Of a stretch of DNA of 56,412 nt, positions 8,052-17,709 are shown one piece after another. Position numbers and translations under genes: made by a program. The DNA lies in contig JAYOYH010000030.1 of assembly GCA_038153405.1 (NCBI GenBank), positions 1 through 56,412 of the forward strand. The letters are read 5' to 3'. The notes under the pieces were generated by a model. It was not told where the DNA came from and searched no databases. It was given only the letters and a program-made list of their open reading frames with translations. How positions within the stretch are numbered: position 1 is the first letter of the stretch; the number at the start of each line of letters is the position of its first letter. The DNA is from Gemmatimonadota bacterium. GTDB lineage: Bacteria > Latescibacterota > UBA2968 > UBA8231.

Positions 8052-9503
8052 ATGAACCGACCCAATATTTTACTCTTCATAATGGACGGGGTGCAGGGCC
8101 GCCAACTGCAGCCGGACCATCCCGGCCACACGCCCCATTTCGATCGCCTGGCCGCGCGCGGAATGCGCTTTGCCAACGCCTACACGCCCTCGCCGACCTG
8201 CTCGCCGGCGCGCGCCAGCCTGATGACCGGCCTCCTACCGCACAACCACGGCGTGCTGCAGGTAGAGCACGTCGTCGACGCCGACCAGTGCCTGCTGCGC
8301 CGCGACAGGGCGCACTGGGCCCAACACCTGACCCGCGCCGGCTATGCCACCGGCTATTTTGGCAAGTGGCACGTCGAGCGCAGCGACGAACTCGAGCAAT
8401 TCGGCTGGCAGACCCATCGCGTGCTCGGGCGCAGTGCCCATCGCAGTCACTCCAAACAGGGTGGCGGCACCGACGTGCCGCTCGATCCAAACCTGACGCG
8501 CTACCTAGAAGGACCTGAAGGATATAACCCCATACTCCACTATGGGGTTACCGATGTCGAAGCGGCCGAGCGCGGCATGGGTCAGACGGCGCGCGAAGCG
8601 CTGCGCTTTCTGCAGCAGCAGGAGAATAGCCGGCAGCCCTGGTGCTGCTGCGCCAGCTACTACGAACCCAACGAGGCCATGATCGTCTCGCGCACGGCGT
8701 TCGAGCGCTTTGATCGCGCGTCGATCCAACTACCGGCAACGCTGCGCGACGACCTCTCCGACCGACCCAATTGGTATCGCCGCCAGCAGCAGATCTTCGC
8801 CTCTGCGAGCGAAGATGAATGGCGCACGGCGCTAGCCTGTTACTACGGCAGGATCTCCGAGCTAGACGAGCAGTTTGGCCTGCTCGTCGACTACCTGGAA
8901 GCATCGGGACAGTTGGAAAATACGGTGGTCATAGCCACCGCCGACCACGGCAAATACGTCGGGGCGCACGGCATGGAAGGCCATAACTTTGGCGCTTTTG
9001 AAGAGATCTACAACATTCCGCTCATTGCGGCCGGACCGGGCATTGCGCGAAGCGTCGATACGCCGGCGCGCGTTGGTCTACACGCCATTGGTCCGACGCT
9101 GCTCGAGTGGGCCGGAGCCGATCAACTGCCGGCCATCGACGCGGCGTCCTTTGCCGATCTATGCGCCGATCCCACGCTGGCCGACCGCTACGCAACCGGC
9201 TATGCGGAAAACCACGGCAACCGTTTTGTCATGAGCCAGCGCATCCTTTGGGACGGCGCGTGGAAGTTGGCGTTTAATGGATTCGATTTCGACGAGTTGT
9301 ACAACTTGGCCGATGATCCTAACGAAACGCAGAACCGCGCCACCGATCCGCAGTGCGCCGAGGTGCTCCGCGCGCTGATGGCCACGATGTGGAGCCACAT
9401 CCGCGACAGCGGCGACCAAGCGCTCTACAATAGTCACTACTACACGATGCGCACGGCCGTCGTCGGTCCCAACGCCGCAATAGAAAGCGGCGGCCAGCGC
9501 TAG
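8052..9503 (+). CDS. Formylglycine-dependent sulfatase (Cys-type, no signal peptide)
   Basis: RPNILLFIMD, CSPARASLMTG, GYFGKWH, ATADHG, ELYNLADDPNE. Confidence 0.92.
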   Translation: MNRPNILLFIMDGVQGRQLQPDHPGHTPHFDRLAARGMRFANAYTPSPTCSPARASLMTGLLPHNHGVLQVEHVVDADQCLLRRDRAHWAQHLTRAGYATGYFGKWHVERSDELEQFGWQTHRVLGRSAHRSHSKQGGGTDVPLDPNLTRYLEGPEGYNPILHYGVTDVEAAERGMGQTAREALRFLQQQENSRQPWCCCASYYEPNEAMIVSRTAFERFDRASIQLPATLRDDLSDRPNWYRRQQQIFASASEDEWRTALACYYGRISELDEQFGLLVDYLEASGQLENTVVIATADHGKYVGAHGMEGHNFGAFEEIYNIPLIAAGPGIARSVDTPARVGLHAIGPTLLEWAGADQLPAIDAASFADLCADPTLADRYATGYAENHGNRFVMSQRILWDGAWKLAFNGFDFDELYNLADDPNETQNRATDPQCAEVLRALMATMWSHIRDSGDQALYNSHYYTMRTAVVGPNAAIESGGQR

Positions 9504-9526
9504 CTCACCGCCGTTTCCGCGTTCGC

Positions 9527-10561
9527 TTACCCAGCCACCGTCACCTCGGGCAAGGACGGCCGGTGCTGGTAGCCCGGCTCTTCTTTTTGCTGTTTGAGTA
9601 TGGCGATAATCTCACTCCAAGTAGCCACCAACCCCACCGGCGACGGCGGCAAGTCATGCTGAATCGCCCGGTGTAGCCGACCCAATCGATAGCAAGGCAC
9701 GGCGGCATACATATGGTGCTCGATGTGAAAGTTCATGTGCCAGTACAAAAAGCGCACAAGGGGGTTGAGCAAGATGGTGCGCGTACACAGGCGAAAGTCG
9801 GGCACGTTGTCGCTCAGGCCGATGTGCTGCGCGTTGTTGCACAGCAAAAAGAGGAAGCCGCCGTAGAACGAACCCAGCGTAACCAGCACCGGCAGCTGCC
9901 ACCAGCCGACGTAGAGCGAACCCACTACCAGCAGCAGGTGACCCAGCGTCATAATCTTGTCCCAGCGCACTAGGCGGCGACGGCTCTCGACGTTTTCCGG
10001 CGGAAAAAGCACCTGATCCCAGCCCGGATTCAGATGGCCAAAAAAGCCGCGGCGAATCGTGCCGCGCATGCGGTGATAAGCACCCAGCGGATCGACAAAG
10101 GCCCCGCGCAGAAAGCCCTTTAGCGTCAAGTAGACCGGCAGCACGACCTCGCCGTCCTCGGGCGGATGCAGCGTATACTTGTGGTGCTCCGTATGGCTCG
10201 CCCAAAAGTGCACCGGATTGTACCAGCCCAAAAAGCTCAATACATATAAGAAGAATACGTTGAGCGGCTGCGTGCGAAACACGCTGCTGTGCACGAGCTC
10301 GTGAAAGCCGTTGATGATAAAGGCGTAGCACGTGCCGTGCAGAAAAAAGGCGGCAACCGCCCCATACCAGGGCCCATAGATCGTCGACCACCAGGCCAGC
10401 GCGCCCGTCGCCGTCAGCGTCCCCAAATAGCCCAGCGTCTGCAGCGCGCCCCAAAAATCGCTGCGCTGGTTGAGGTCGGCCAGCAGCTGGCGATCGATCT
10501 TGGTCCGGTACCAGGTAATGCGGCGCTTTTCCTGCCCGTCGTCTGTAGAATTGGCTTCCAT
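9527..10561 (-). CDS. Fatty acid desaturase family membrane di-iron enzyme
   Basis: Three His boxes (HELVH, HTEHH, HIEHH) and TM segments. Confidence 0.85.
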   Translation of the reverse strand: MEANSTDDGQEKRRITWYRTKIDRQLLADLNQRSDFWGALQTLGYLGTLTATGALAWWSTIYGPWYGAVAAFFLHGTCYAFIINGFHELVHSSVFRTQPLNVFFLYVLSFLGWYNPVHFWASHTEHHKYTLHPPEDGEVVLPVYLTLKGFLRGAFVDPLGAYHRMRGTIRRGFFGHLNPGWDQVLFPPENVESRRRLVRWDKIMTLGHLLLVVGSLYVGWWQLPVLVTLGSFYGGFLFLLCNNAQHIGLSDNVPDFRLCTRTILLNPLVRFLYWHMNFHIEHHMYAAVPCYRLGRLHRAIQHDLPPSPVGLVATWSEIIAILKQQKEEPGYQHRPSLPEVTVAG

Positions 10562-10656
10562 AGGGTCACTCCGCGAGATCGATAAGCATTTCCATGCAAG
10601 ATAATCAGGCGCGCGTTCCCCGGCAATAAAAGCCGCAGGCGCCGTGGTTCCTTACA

Positions 10657-10992
10657 CCGGCTGCTATCGCATCGCGCCTCGTCCGGCGCAATGCCGAACC
10701 GGAAGCCGACTGGGTGCGCATTCGTTTCGATCCGCACAACGACCGCCAAACCGGGCGCTTTTTTGGCGTCTATGTCTCCGGATCGGTATTCGATGGCACC
10801 TGCGCCAACGACCGCGACGCGGACGATACGTGGAACGGCGTGTAGGAGGGCAAGACGCAGGTAGACGATGGGGGCTGGAGCGCTGAGTTTCGCATCCCCT
10901 GCTACTTGCTGCGCTTCAGTCCAGACAGCGATTATACGCGGGGTTTTAACGCAGAGCGCTACATCAGTCGCAAACGCGAGCCCCTGCACTAG
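10657..10992 (+). pseudogene. Degenerate fragment of a CBM9-like/DUF5916 protein
   Basis: Manual translation: PAAIASRLVRRNAEPEADWVRIRFDPHNDRQTGRFFGVYVSGSVFDG...DDTWNGV*EGKTQVDDGGWSAEFRIPCYLLRF...RGFNAERYISRKREPLH*; in-frame TAG at 10843 and 10990 where Trp is expected; no start codon. Confidence 0.75.
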
Positions 10993-11103
10993 GGGCGCGA
11001 GTTTGCATCCATGGCCCGCTCAGCCGTTTCGGCAGCAGTTTTAGCAATGGGGGCGACAACGTCTTCTTAACCAAGATACTGGATCGGTGGTTAATCGACG
11101 CCC

Positions 11104-12090
11104 TTAGGCACAGACTGACTCCTCGCTACGCCAGCGGTGGTGCAGCGGCAACTCGGCGCCGGCCAGGCGCGTCCGCGTCTCGTACCAGCTCTGCGCCCAC
11201 GCCTGTGCATCGCGCAGCTCGGAGGACGGGTTGGCGCGGCTGCGCGCGATAAAACCGGGAAAGATTTCGCGCCCCGTTGGCTGGCCGGTGGGATTGTACC
11301 TTAGGTCGTAGCTAATGCGCACGTCGTCGCTGCGGTTGGGCAGCGACGAATGGCAGGTGCAGCGGTGCATGAAGAGCACATCGCCGCGCTGCATGGGACA
11401 GGTGACAGCGCGCTGTAGCGCGAGCAGCTCATCCGGTATCGACAGGCCCAAACCGCTCGACGGACAGTGTGCCAATAGCCCGTTGCGATGGCTTCCGGCA
11501 ATCACTTCCAGACAGCCGTTTTCCACCGTTGCGTCAGTGACGGGAATCCACACCGTGATCATATCGGTCGCATCGGCAACCGGCAGCACCACGCCGTTGT
11601 CCTGATGCCACGGCGTGGCGCCGACGCCAAAGCCGGCCACGCGCCCGGTGCGCTCGTCGCGATAGACGTGCGGCAGGTACTGTTCGGGGGGCTTTATGCG
11701 CACGTGCTGCACGGGATTGGAGTAGATCTCGCCGCCGATCAGGTCTTCCAGCGCGTCGAGCACGCCCTCGTTGCGCATCAGGTCGAAGACGGCCGGCCCC
11801 ACCCAGATCGGTGCATCCTCGCGCACGGAAGCCATTGACAGCGTGCAGTCAAAGTGGCCGGCAAAGACCCTGCGCGCATCGAGGTAGATCTGCGACAGCC
11901 GGCGACCAAAGGGCAGATCTTCGTAGGTCGATTTTATTTGGCCAGCGGCAAAGAGGTCGCGCACCAGCGCGTCGAGCACGCCCTCGTATTCGACCACAAC
12001 CGGATCGAGGTCGCGCGACGGGCTGAGCAATCCCCGCGCGATGACAAAGCCATCGCGATCAAAATTGGCCCTCTGTTCTTTGCTGAGCAT
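11104..12090 (-). CDS. Phytanoyl-CoA dioxygenase (PhyH) family Fe(II)/2OG dioxygenase
   Basis: MLSKEQRANFDRDGFV, TPWHQD, NGCLEVIAGSH, distal H in CHSSLPN; start reassigned to ATG 12090. Confidence 0.9.
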   Translation of the reverse strand: MLSKEQRANFDRDGFVIARGLLSPSRDLDPVVVEYEGVLDALVRDLFAAGQIKSTYEDLPFGRRLSQIYLDARRVFAGHFDCTLSMASVREDAPIWVGPAVFDLMRNEGVLDALEDLIGGEIYSNPVQHVRIKPPEQYLPHVYRDERTGRVAGFGVGATPWHQDNGVVLPVADATDMITVWIPVTDATVENGCLEVIAGSHRNGLLAHCPSSGLGLSIPDELLALQRAVTCPMQRGDVLFMHRCTCHSSLPNRSDDVRISYDLRYNPTGQPTGREIFPGFIARSRANPSSELRDAQAWAQSWYETRTRLAGAELPLHHRWRSEESVCA

Positions 12091-12285
12091 ATCCCACCTT
12101 TCCGAGCGCCCGCTGTCGAAGAATGGGTCGGCCATGCCTCTGTTGAGCGCCTCTCTTTTTCCTCCGTTGGCAAAGTGTACTGCGCGGCCAACGTCGATGT
12201 CAACCAGCGCACCCCCTCCTCCCTTGACCACCGGTTTTAAAAGAGCGAAAATGAGAGCGGACATTTTCTTTCAGGAGCAGCAGCT

Positions 12286-13065
12286 GTGAGCACCATTGAA
12301 ATCAGCCAGGCGCAGCGCGACCTCTACCGCAGCGAGGGCTATATGATCCTCGAGCGGGCCATCCCGGAACACGTTCTCCAACTGCTGCGCGACCAGTGCC
12401 AGCAGGCCATCGACCGCATGGATGCGCGCATGGAGGCCGAAGGCACCGACACCCTCGGCATCAACCATCGCGGCAGCCGCTACTTTGTCGCCAACTGCTT
12501 CAAGGAGCAGCCCGAACTGCGCACCTTTCTCTTTAGTGAACTGATGGCCGACGTGTGCCGCGCCACCCTCGGCGACAACGCGTACCTGTTCTGGGAGCAA
12601 TACGTCATCAAGGGCGCCGAAACCGGCATGAAGTTTTCCTGGCACCAAGACTCGGGCTACGTCAACTATCCCGACCACAAGCCCTATCTGACCTGTTGGT
12701 GTGCGCTGGACGATATGAGCGAAGCCAACGGCACGGTGCACCTGCTGCCCTTTTCGCGCTCGGGCATCCGCTCGTGGGTCCAGCACATCGTCGAAGAGGG
12801 CAGCAACGACAAAGTCGGCTACTTCGGCTCCGACCCGGGCATCACGGTCGAGGTTCCCGCTGGCAGCATCGTCGCCTTTACCAGCGTCAACTTTCACTCC
12901 AGCGGCACCAACACGACCGATCGCATGCGGCGCGTCTATCTGGCGCAGTATTCCTGCGAACCCATTACCTCGGCCGACGGAGCGCGGCTGTGGGGCAATG
13001 CCGAACCGCTGCTGCTCGACGGCGCTCTAGCCGTCGGCGCACCCATACCGGAGATAAGCGCATGA
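12286..13065 (+). CDS. PhyH family Fe(II)/2OG dioxygenase
   Basis: FSWHQDSGY, TCWCALDD...NG, FHSSGTN...RR; GTG start with AGGAG RBS. Confidence 0.9.
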   Translation: MSTIEISQAQRDLYRSEGYMILERAIPEHVLQLLRDQCQQAIDRMDARMEAEGTDTLGINHRGSRYFVANCFKEQPELRTFLFSELMADVCRATLGDNAYLFWEQYVIKGAETGMKFSWHQDSGYVNYPDHKPYLTCWCALDDMSEANGTVHLLPFSRSGIRSWVQHIVEEGSNDKVGYFGSDPGITVEVPAGSIVAFTSVNFHSSGTNTTDRMRRVYLAQYSCEPITSADGARLWGNAEPLLLDGALAVGAPIPEISA

Positions 13066-13979
13066 GCACGCGAGCCGAAGGGGCCCTCGCCCTTTCACAA
13101 GCGCAGCGCCGCCAGTATGACGAAGACGGATTTTTCTTAGTGGAAGACGCCCTGTCCGCGGGCGAAGTGAGCGAAGTGCTGGCCGTCGTCGACGCGCTCT
13201 ACGAAAAGTACCGCGCCGAGCGCAACCTCGGCGAAAGCGAAGCGTTTCAAATGCGCAACATCGTCGCCGCCCACCCTCGCTTTAAGGCGCTGATGACGCA
13301 CGAAAAGCTGCTGCCATTGGTCGTCGACGTCATCGGCTACAACATCCAGCTACGCACTTCGCATATGGACGTGCGCCCGCCGATGGAGGGGGCATACGCC
13401 GAACAGCGACTAGGCAGCAAGGAGAGCTTTTTTCCCTGGCATTCCGACGGACCCAACTTCGGCTGGCCTCCGGCCGGGGAGACCGTGCCCTACATGGAAA
13501 TGAAAATCGGCTACTATCTAACCGATCTGACGCAGCACAACAGCGGTGCCATCTGCGTGGTGCGCGGCAGCCACGCCACCTCGCCGTGGATTGAGCGCGA
13601 CGGGGAGCGCATCATCGACCCCGCACGCATTGTCGAGGTCAACGTGCGACCGGGCACAGCCTTGGTCTGGCGCACGGCCCTGTGGCATTGCCTGACGCCC
13701 AATCTGTCTACGCGCACGCGCCGCTGCCTCTACTACGGCTACCACCACCGATGGATTCGCCCCTCCGACTTCGAACACCAGAAGCCCGACGTGCTGGCCG
13801 AGGCATCGCCGATTGAGCTGCAGCTATTGGGCGAACTGGGCACAGGCCGCGACAACTATGCAGGCGACGATCCCGACGTGCATCCCGTATCGCGCTACTG
13901 GCGGCCGCAAGACGAAGACATTCCCCTCAAAGCATGGGCCGAGACGCGCCTGGAAGAAGCGGCGAATCCGTCCGCCTAA
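13062..13979 (+). CDS. PhyH family Fe(II)/2OG dioxygenase
   Basis: LSQAQRRQYDEDGFF, PWHSDG, YYLTD...GSH, LWHCLTPN...RR; ATGA overlap with the upstream gene. Confidence 0.9.
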   Translation: MSTRAEGALALSQAQRRQYDEDGFFLVEDALSAGEVSEVLAVVDALYEKYRAERNLGESEAFQMRNIVAAHPRFKALMTHEKLLPLVVDVIGYNIQLRTSHMDVRPPMEGAYAEQRLGSKESFFPWHSDGPNFGWPPAGETVPYMEMKIGYYLTDLTQHNSGAICVVRGSHATSPWIERDGERIIDPARIVEVNVRPGTALVWRTALWHCLTPNLSTRTRRCLYYGYHHRWIRPSDFEHQKPDVLAEASPIELQLLGELGTGRDNYAGDDPDVHPVSRYWRPQDEDIPLKAWAETRLEEAANPSA

Positions 13980-14037
13980 ATCGGGCGGCGGCTCTGCCCT
14001 TGCTGCACGACCTCATAACGCAACGCAAGGAGCCCGC

Positions 14038-14955
14038 ATGGCATTCCCCCAGCTCTCGCCCGCCCTGCGCACCGAGCGCCTCAGTCCGCCTAGCGGACCG
14101 GTGCGCATGGTCCTCGACACGGATACCTACAACGAAATCGACGACCAGTTCGCCGTCGTGCAGGCGCTGCTCTCTCCCGACCGACTCCGCGTTGAAGCGC
14201 TCTACGCGGCGCCTTTTTACAACGGGCGCTCTAGCGGCCCGGCCGACGGCATGCAGAAGAGCTACGAGGAAATCCTGCGCCTGCTGGAGCGGCTCGATAC
14301 CGCACACGAGGGCTTTGTGCACAAAGGTTCGACGCGCTTTTTGCAAAGTCCGCAAACGCCCGTCGAGAGCGATGCGGCGCACGATCTGGTAGCGCGTGCG
14401 CATCAGGGCGACGCACCGCTCTACGTCGTGGCCATCGGCGCCATCACCAACGTGGCTTCGGCCCTGCTGATCGATCCGTCCATCGCCGAACACATTGTCG
14501 TCGTCTGGCTCGGCGGCCAGCCCTACCACTGGCCATCGGCACGCGAGTTTAACCTGCAGCAGGACCTTCACGCCGCGCGCCTTCTCTTCGACTGCGGCGT
14601 GCCGCTCGTGCACATTCCCTGTCAGGCCGTCGCGTCGCACCTGCTGACGACCGTCCCCGAACTGGAGGCGCTGGTAGCCGGGCGCGGCGCCATTGGCGAC
14701 TACCTCGTAGAAATCTTTAAGGCCTATTCGAAAGACCACTACGGCTGGTCCAAGGTCATTTGGGATATATCGGCCCCCGGCTGGCTGCTCGACCCAGCTT
14801 GGGTACCGAGCGAATTGGTGCACAGTCCCATTCTGACCGACCAATGCACCTACAGCGCCGACCGCCGTCGCCACTTGGTGCGCGTCGCCACGGGCGTGCA
14901 CCGCGATGCGATTTTCCGCGACCTGTTTAGCAAAATTGAGACACGCGCGCGCTAG
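14038..14955 (+). CDS. Inosine/uridine-preferring nucleoside hydrolase family
   Basis: VLDTDTYNEIDDQFA Ca-binding motif, AIGAITNVA, WLGG, EFN, IWD; AAGGAG RBS. Confidence 0.88.
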   Translation: MAFPQLSPALRTERLSPPSGPVRMVLDTDTYNEIDDQFAVVQALLSPDRLRVEALYAAPFYNGRSSGPADGMQKSYEEILRLLERLDTAHEGFVHKGSTRFLQSPQTPVESDAAHDLVARAHQGDAPLYVVAIGAITNVASALLIDPSIAEHIVVVWLGGQPYHWPSAREFNLQQDLHAARLLFDCGVPLVHIPCQAVASHLLTTVPELEALVAGRGAIGDYLVEIFKAYSKDHYGWSKVIWDISAPGWLLDPAWVPSELVHSPILTDQCTYSADRRRHLVRVATGVHRDAIFRDLFSKIETRAR

Positions 14956-15016
14956 TGGCCATGTCCCCATTAAACCGACAGTGCATCCCGCACATATCTA
15001 GCGCTGGACCGCAGCC

Positions 15017-17659
15017 ATGACCACGGTCGTCGTAGCGGAAAAACCGAGCGTGGCGCGCGACATTGCGCGCGTGCTGGGAGCCAGCGGCAAGGGACAGGGC
15101 TGTCTGCTCGGCAAGGGCTATATCGTCACCTGGGCGCTGGGCCATCTCGTGCAGTTTGCCGAGCCCGACGAGTACGGCCCGCCGTGGAACGCGCGCTGGT
15201 CCTTTGCCCAACTGCCGATGCTGCCGGAAAAGTGGAAGTTGCGCACCGCTAAAGCCACGTCGGCACAGTTCCAGATCATCAAGAAACTGATCAATGACGC
15301 AGCGACGAGCGCAATTATCTGCGCCACGGACGCCGGGCGCGAGGGCGAGAATATTTTCCGCTTAATCTACGAGCACGCGCGCTGCAAAAAACCCGTTAAG
15401 CGCCTGTGGATCTCTAGCCTGACGGACGAGGCCATTCGCGCCGGCTTTGCCCAACTGGCCGACGGCAGCCAATACGACGCACTCGCCGATGCTGCACGCG
15501 TGCGCGCTCAGGCCGACTGGCTGGTCGGCATGAATCTCACCCGCGCCTATACGGTCCATAACAGCGTGCTGTGTACCATCGGTCGCGTACAAACGCCCAC
15601 TCTGGCCATGATTGTCGAGCGCGACCGCGCAATCGCCGACTTTAAAAAGGCCTACTTTTACGAGCTCATCGCTCGAATTGCCGAAGGCTTTAGCGCCAAG
15701 TTTACCCGCGATGGCCAAACGCGCATCGAGCGACGGGAAGAGGCCGAACGCCTCCAGCGCGAACTCAGCCCGCACACGGAGGGCACCGTGCGCAGCGTGG
15801 AGAAAAAGACCAAGAAAAACCGCCCGCCGCCTTTTTACGATCTGAACAACCTGCAGCGCGACGCCAATCGGCGCTTTGGCTTTACCGCCGCGCAAACGCT
15901 GGAGTATGCCCAGGCGCTCTATGAGACGCATAAGCTCATCACCTATCCGCGCACCGAGAGCCGCCACCTATCCGAAGACATGGTGCCCGAGCTGCCGGGT
16001 ATCCTCTCCCGCTTGGACCACGCGCAGGCCGACGAGGCCCTGGCGCGTCTGCAGAGTGGATTCAAGCTGGGCAAAGCCTATGTGGACAAGACCAAACTGA
16101 CGGACCACCACGCCATCATTCCCACCGGCCAGCGCCCGTCGACTAGCCTGTCGCATCCGCTGCGCCAGGTCTACGCATTGGTGGTCACGCGCTTTGTAGG
16201 CGTATTTCTTCCAGAGCAGCTCGTCGAAGAAACAACCGTATTGCTCGACATTGGCGGCGCCTCTTTTATCGCGCGCGGCAGCGTCGTATTGCAGGAGGGC
16301 TGGAAGATCGTCGAGCGGCGCACCAGCGCACCCCAAGAAGGAAAAGACGAAGAGCAGGAAGACGAAGGACAGGCCATTCCTCCTCTACAGCGGGGACAGA
16401 CGGTGGGCGTGCTCGGCATGGAGGTGCGGGAGAGAGAAACCAAACCGCCGAGCCCCTATACGGATGCCACGCTGCTGACGGCCATGAAAAACGCCGGACG
16501 CCAGGTCGACGACGACGAACTGGCCGCGGCGATGAAGGAGTCGGGTCTCGGCACGCCGGCCACGCGCGCCGACACCATTGAACGCCTGCTGCGCAGCGGC
16601 TATATAGGGCGCGAAAAAAAGAGCTTGCGCGCCACGCAAAAGGGCCGAGCGCTGATCGAATTGGTCGCCGAACCGCTGCGCAGTCCCGAGCTTACGGGCC
16701 AGTGGGAACAGCAGCTAAAAGAAGTGGAAGAAGGCCTCCGAAAAGGCGATGCGTTTTATCGGAATATCGCCGACTTTGTGCGGTCGATGGTGCCACAGGT
16801 GGCCGAGAGTAACGCCCTGACACCCGAGCAAGTATCCCAAGTCCGCCAGGAGCAAGGCGGACGAAGCAAAGGCAAGAAAAAACGAACGCGAGGAGGTAAA
16901 ACCGTGGTATTGGGTCCGTGTCCCAAATGCAAAGAGGGCGAAGTGCGCGAAAGTCCCAAAGCGTACGGATGCAGTCGCTACAAGGAGGGCTGCAATCTGA
17001 CAATATGGAAAACGACCGCCAGCAAGGAGATTTCGCCCAAGCTGGCAAAGGAACTGCTGGCGGATGGGCAGACCGAATGGCTGGAAGGATTTACCAGCCG
17101 CGCCGGCAAGCCCTTTGCCGCACGCCTCAAATTTGACGACGAATTCAAGGTGGTATTCGACTTTGAAAGCAAGCCGGAAAACGGCGCGCAGCCCACAAGC
17201 AGCACAGGGGCGGCACGCGCAGCATCCCCACCGGATAGTGGACCGCCGCCCACAGACGCCCCTCCGCCCGACGAAGCACCGCCGCCCATGGAGGAAATGC
17301 CATCTATGGACGGACCGCCGCCGCAAGAGGCCTACACTCCACCGACGACGACATCTGCCGCACCCCCACCCACCAACGATGGGGGGAGCGACTTTCCCCA
17401 GTTGACCTGTCCCAAGTGCGAACAGGGCCACATCGTCGAGGGCCGCAAAGGGTTTGGCTGCAACCGTTACCGCGAGGGATGCGATTTCGTCGTGTGGAAA
17501 GTGGTGGCTAGCAAAGAGCTGACAAAGGAGCAGGTAGAGACGCTCATCCGCGCGGGCAAAACAGACGTCATCGGTGGTTTTAAAAGTCGCAAGGGTACGA
17601 CGTTTGAAACGCGCCTGCGCCTCGACGAAGAGTGGAAAACCGTTTTTGACTTCAACTAG
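15017..17659 (+). CDS. topB: DNA topoisomerase III (type IA) with C-terminal Zn-ribbon/Toprim C-terminal repeats
   Basis: AEKPSVARDIA, ATDAGREGE, GRVQTPTL, catalytic LITYPRTES, GLGTPATRA; two CPKC...GC...C modules. Confidence 0.93.
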   Translation: MTTVVVAEKPSVARDIARVLGASGKGQGCLLGKGYIVTWALGHLVQFAEPDEYGPPWNARWSFAQLPMLPEKWKLRTAKATSAQFQIIKKLINDAATSAIICATDAGREGENIFRLIYEHARCKKPVKRLWISSLTDEAIRAGFAQLADGSQYDALADAARVRAQADWLVGMNLTRAYTVHNSVLCTIGRVQTPTLAMIVERDRAIADFKKAYFYELIARIAEGFSAKFTRDGQTRIERREEAERLQRELSPHTEGTVRSVEKKTKKNRPPPFYDLNNLQRDANRRFGFTAAQTLEYAQALYETHKLITYPRTESRHLSEDMVPELPGILSRLDHAQADEALARLQSGFKLGKAYVDKTKLTDHHAIIPTGQRPSTSLSHPLRQVYALVVTRFVGVFLPEQLVEETTVLLDIGGASFIARGSVVLQEGWKIVERRTSAPQEGKDEEQEDEGQAIPPLQRGQTVGVLGMEVRERETKPPSPYTDATLLTAMKNAGRQVDDDELAAAMKESGLGTPATRADTIERLLRSGYIGREKKSLRATQKGRALIELVAEPLRSPELTGQWEQQLKEVEEGLRKGDAFYRNIADFVRSMVPQVAESNALTPEQVSQVRQEQGGRSKGKKKRTRGGKTVVLGPCPKCKEGEVRESPKAYGCSRYKEGCNLTIWKTTASKEISPKLAKELLADGQTEWLEGFTSRAGKPFAARLKFDDEFKVVFDFESKPENGAQPTSSTGAARAASPPDSGPPPTDAPPPDEAPPPMEEMPSMDGPPPQEAYTPPTTTSAAPPPTNDGGSDFPQLTCPKCEQGHIVEGRKGFGCNRYREGCDFVVWKVVASKELTKEQVETLIRAGKTDVIGGFKSRKGTTFETRLRLDEEWKTVFDFN

Positions 17660-17709
17660 GGCGACCGCGTAATCGGCAGCGGTTGCACACCAGAGCATGA
17701 GGAGATTCC

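Noticed and set aside
10843..10992. Amber (TAG) recoding as Trp or Pyl
   Set aside because: Many intact genes in the window end in TAG, and the fragment has other lesions (no start codon, Trp to Arg), so decay is the simpler explanation
13927..14970. Long antisense ORFs (also 16715-17698, 19684-20796 and 25444-26442)
   Set aside because: Shadow ORFs typical of high-GC coding DNA, with no motifs
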